Source: Octopus sinensis (lineage: Eukaryota). From it: a stretch of 64,000 bases of DNA. Position numbers and translations under genes: made by a program. The stretch covers positions 15,562,001-15,626,000 of the forward strand of contig NC_043021.1 of the NCBI RefSeq assembly GCF_006345805.1. Reading direction: 5' to 3'. Under the pieces are notes generated by a model. The model was given only the letters and a program-made list of their open reading frames with translations, did no database searches and was not told the DNA's origin. This document shows, piece after piece, positions 63,996-64,000 of this stretch; position 1 is the stretch's first letter; each line of letters starts with the position of its first letter.

Positions 63996-64000
63996 TATTA

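Overview
AT-rich, microsatellite-dense animal DNA. The SINE/LINE inventory suggests a coleoid cephalopod, most likely Octopus (inference from recalled repeat families, not a database search). One host coding exon is recognisable: the start-codon exon of numb (+ strand, exon 32048-32195), encoding the N-terminus and the start of the PTB domain. I could not find the next numb exon in the remaining ~31.8 kb, so the window is probably mostly numb intron or upstream sequence. The rest is a nested fossil record of mobile DNA: several tRNA-derived SINE families, 3' fragments of RTE, CR1 and Dong/R4 LINEs, Penelope-type hammerhead-ribozyme elements, piggyBac/hAT/Helentron-type non-autonomous DNA elements, two ~1 kb tandem duplications and a 59-bp satellite. 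The most unusual items are a 111-bp hammerhead mini-element with its own 13-bp TSD (17120-17230), a decayed 5.8S rRNA copy whose 5' half became a 143-bp tandem repeat (60772-61270), a 116-nt near-perfect fold-back hairpin (59645-59760) and a fixed-length 555-bp element always embedded in (ATT)n. Almost all ORFs in the supplied track are microsatellite or repeat artefacts. Coordinates and alignments were read by eye, so repeat boundaries are approximate unless a TSD is given.
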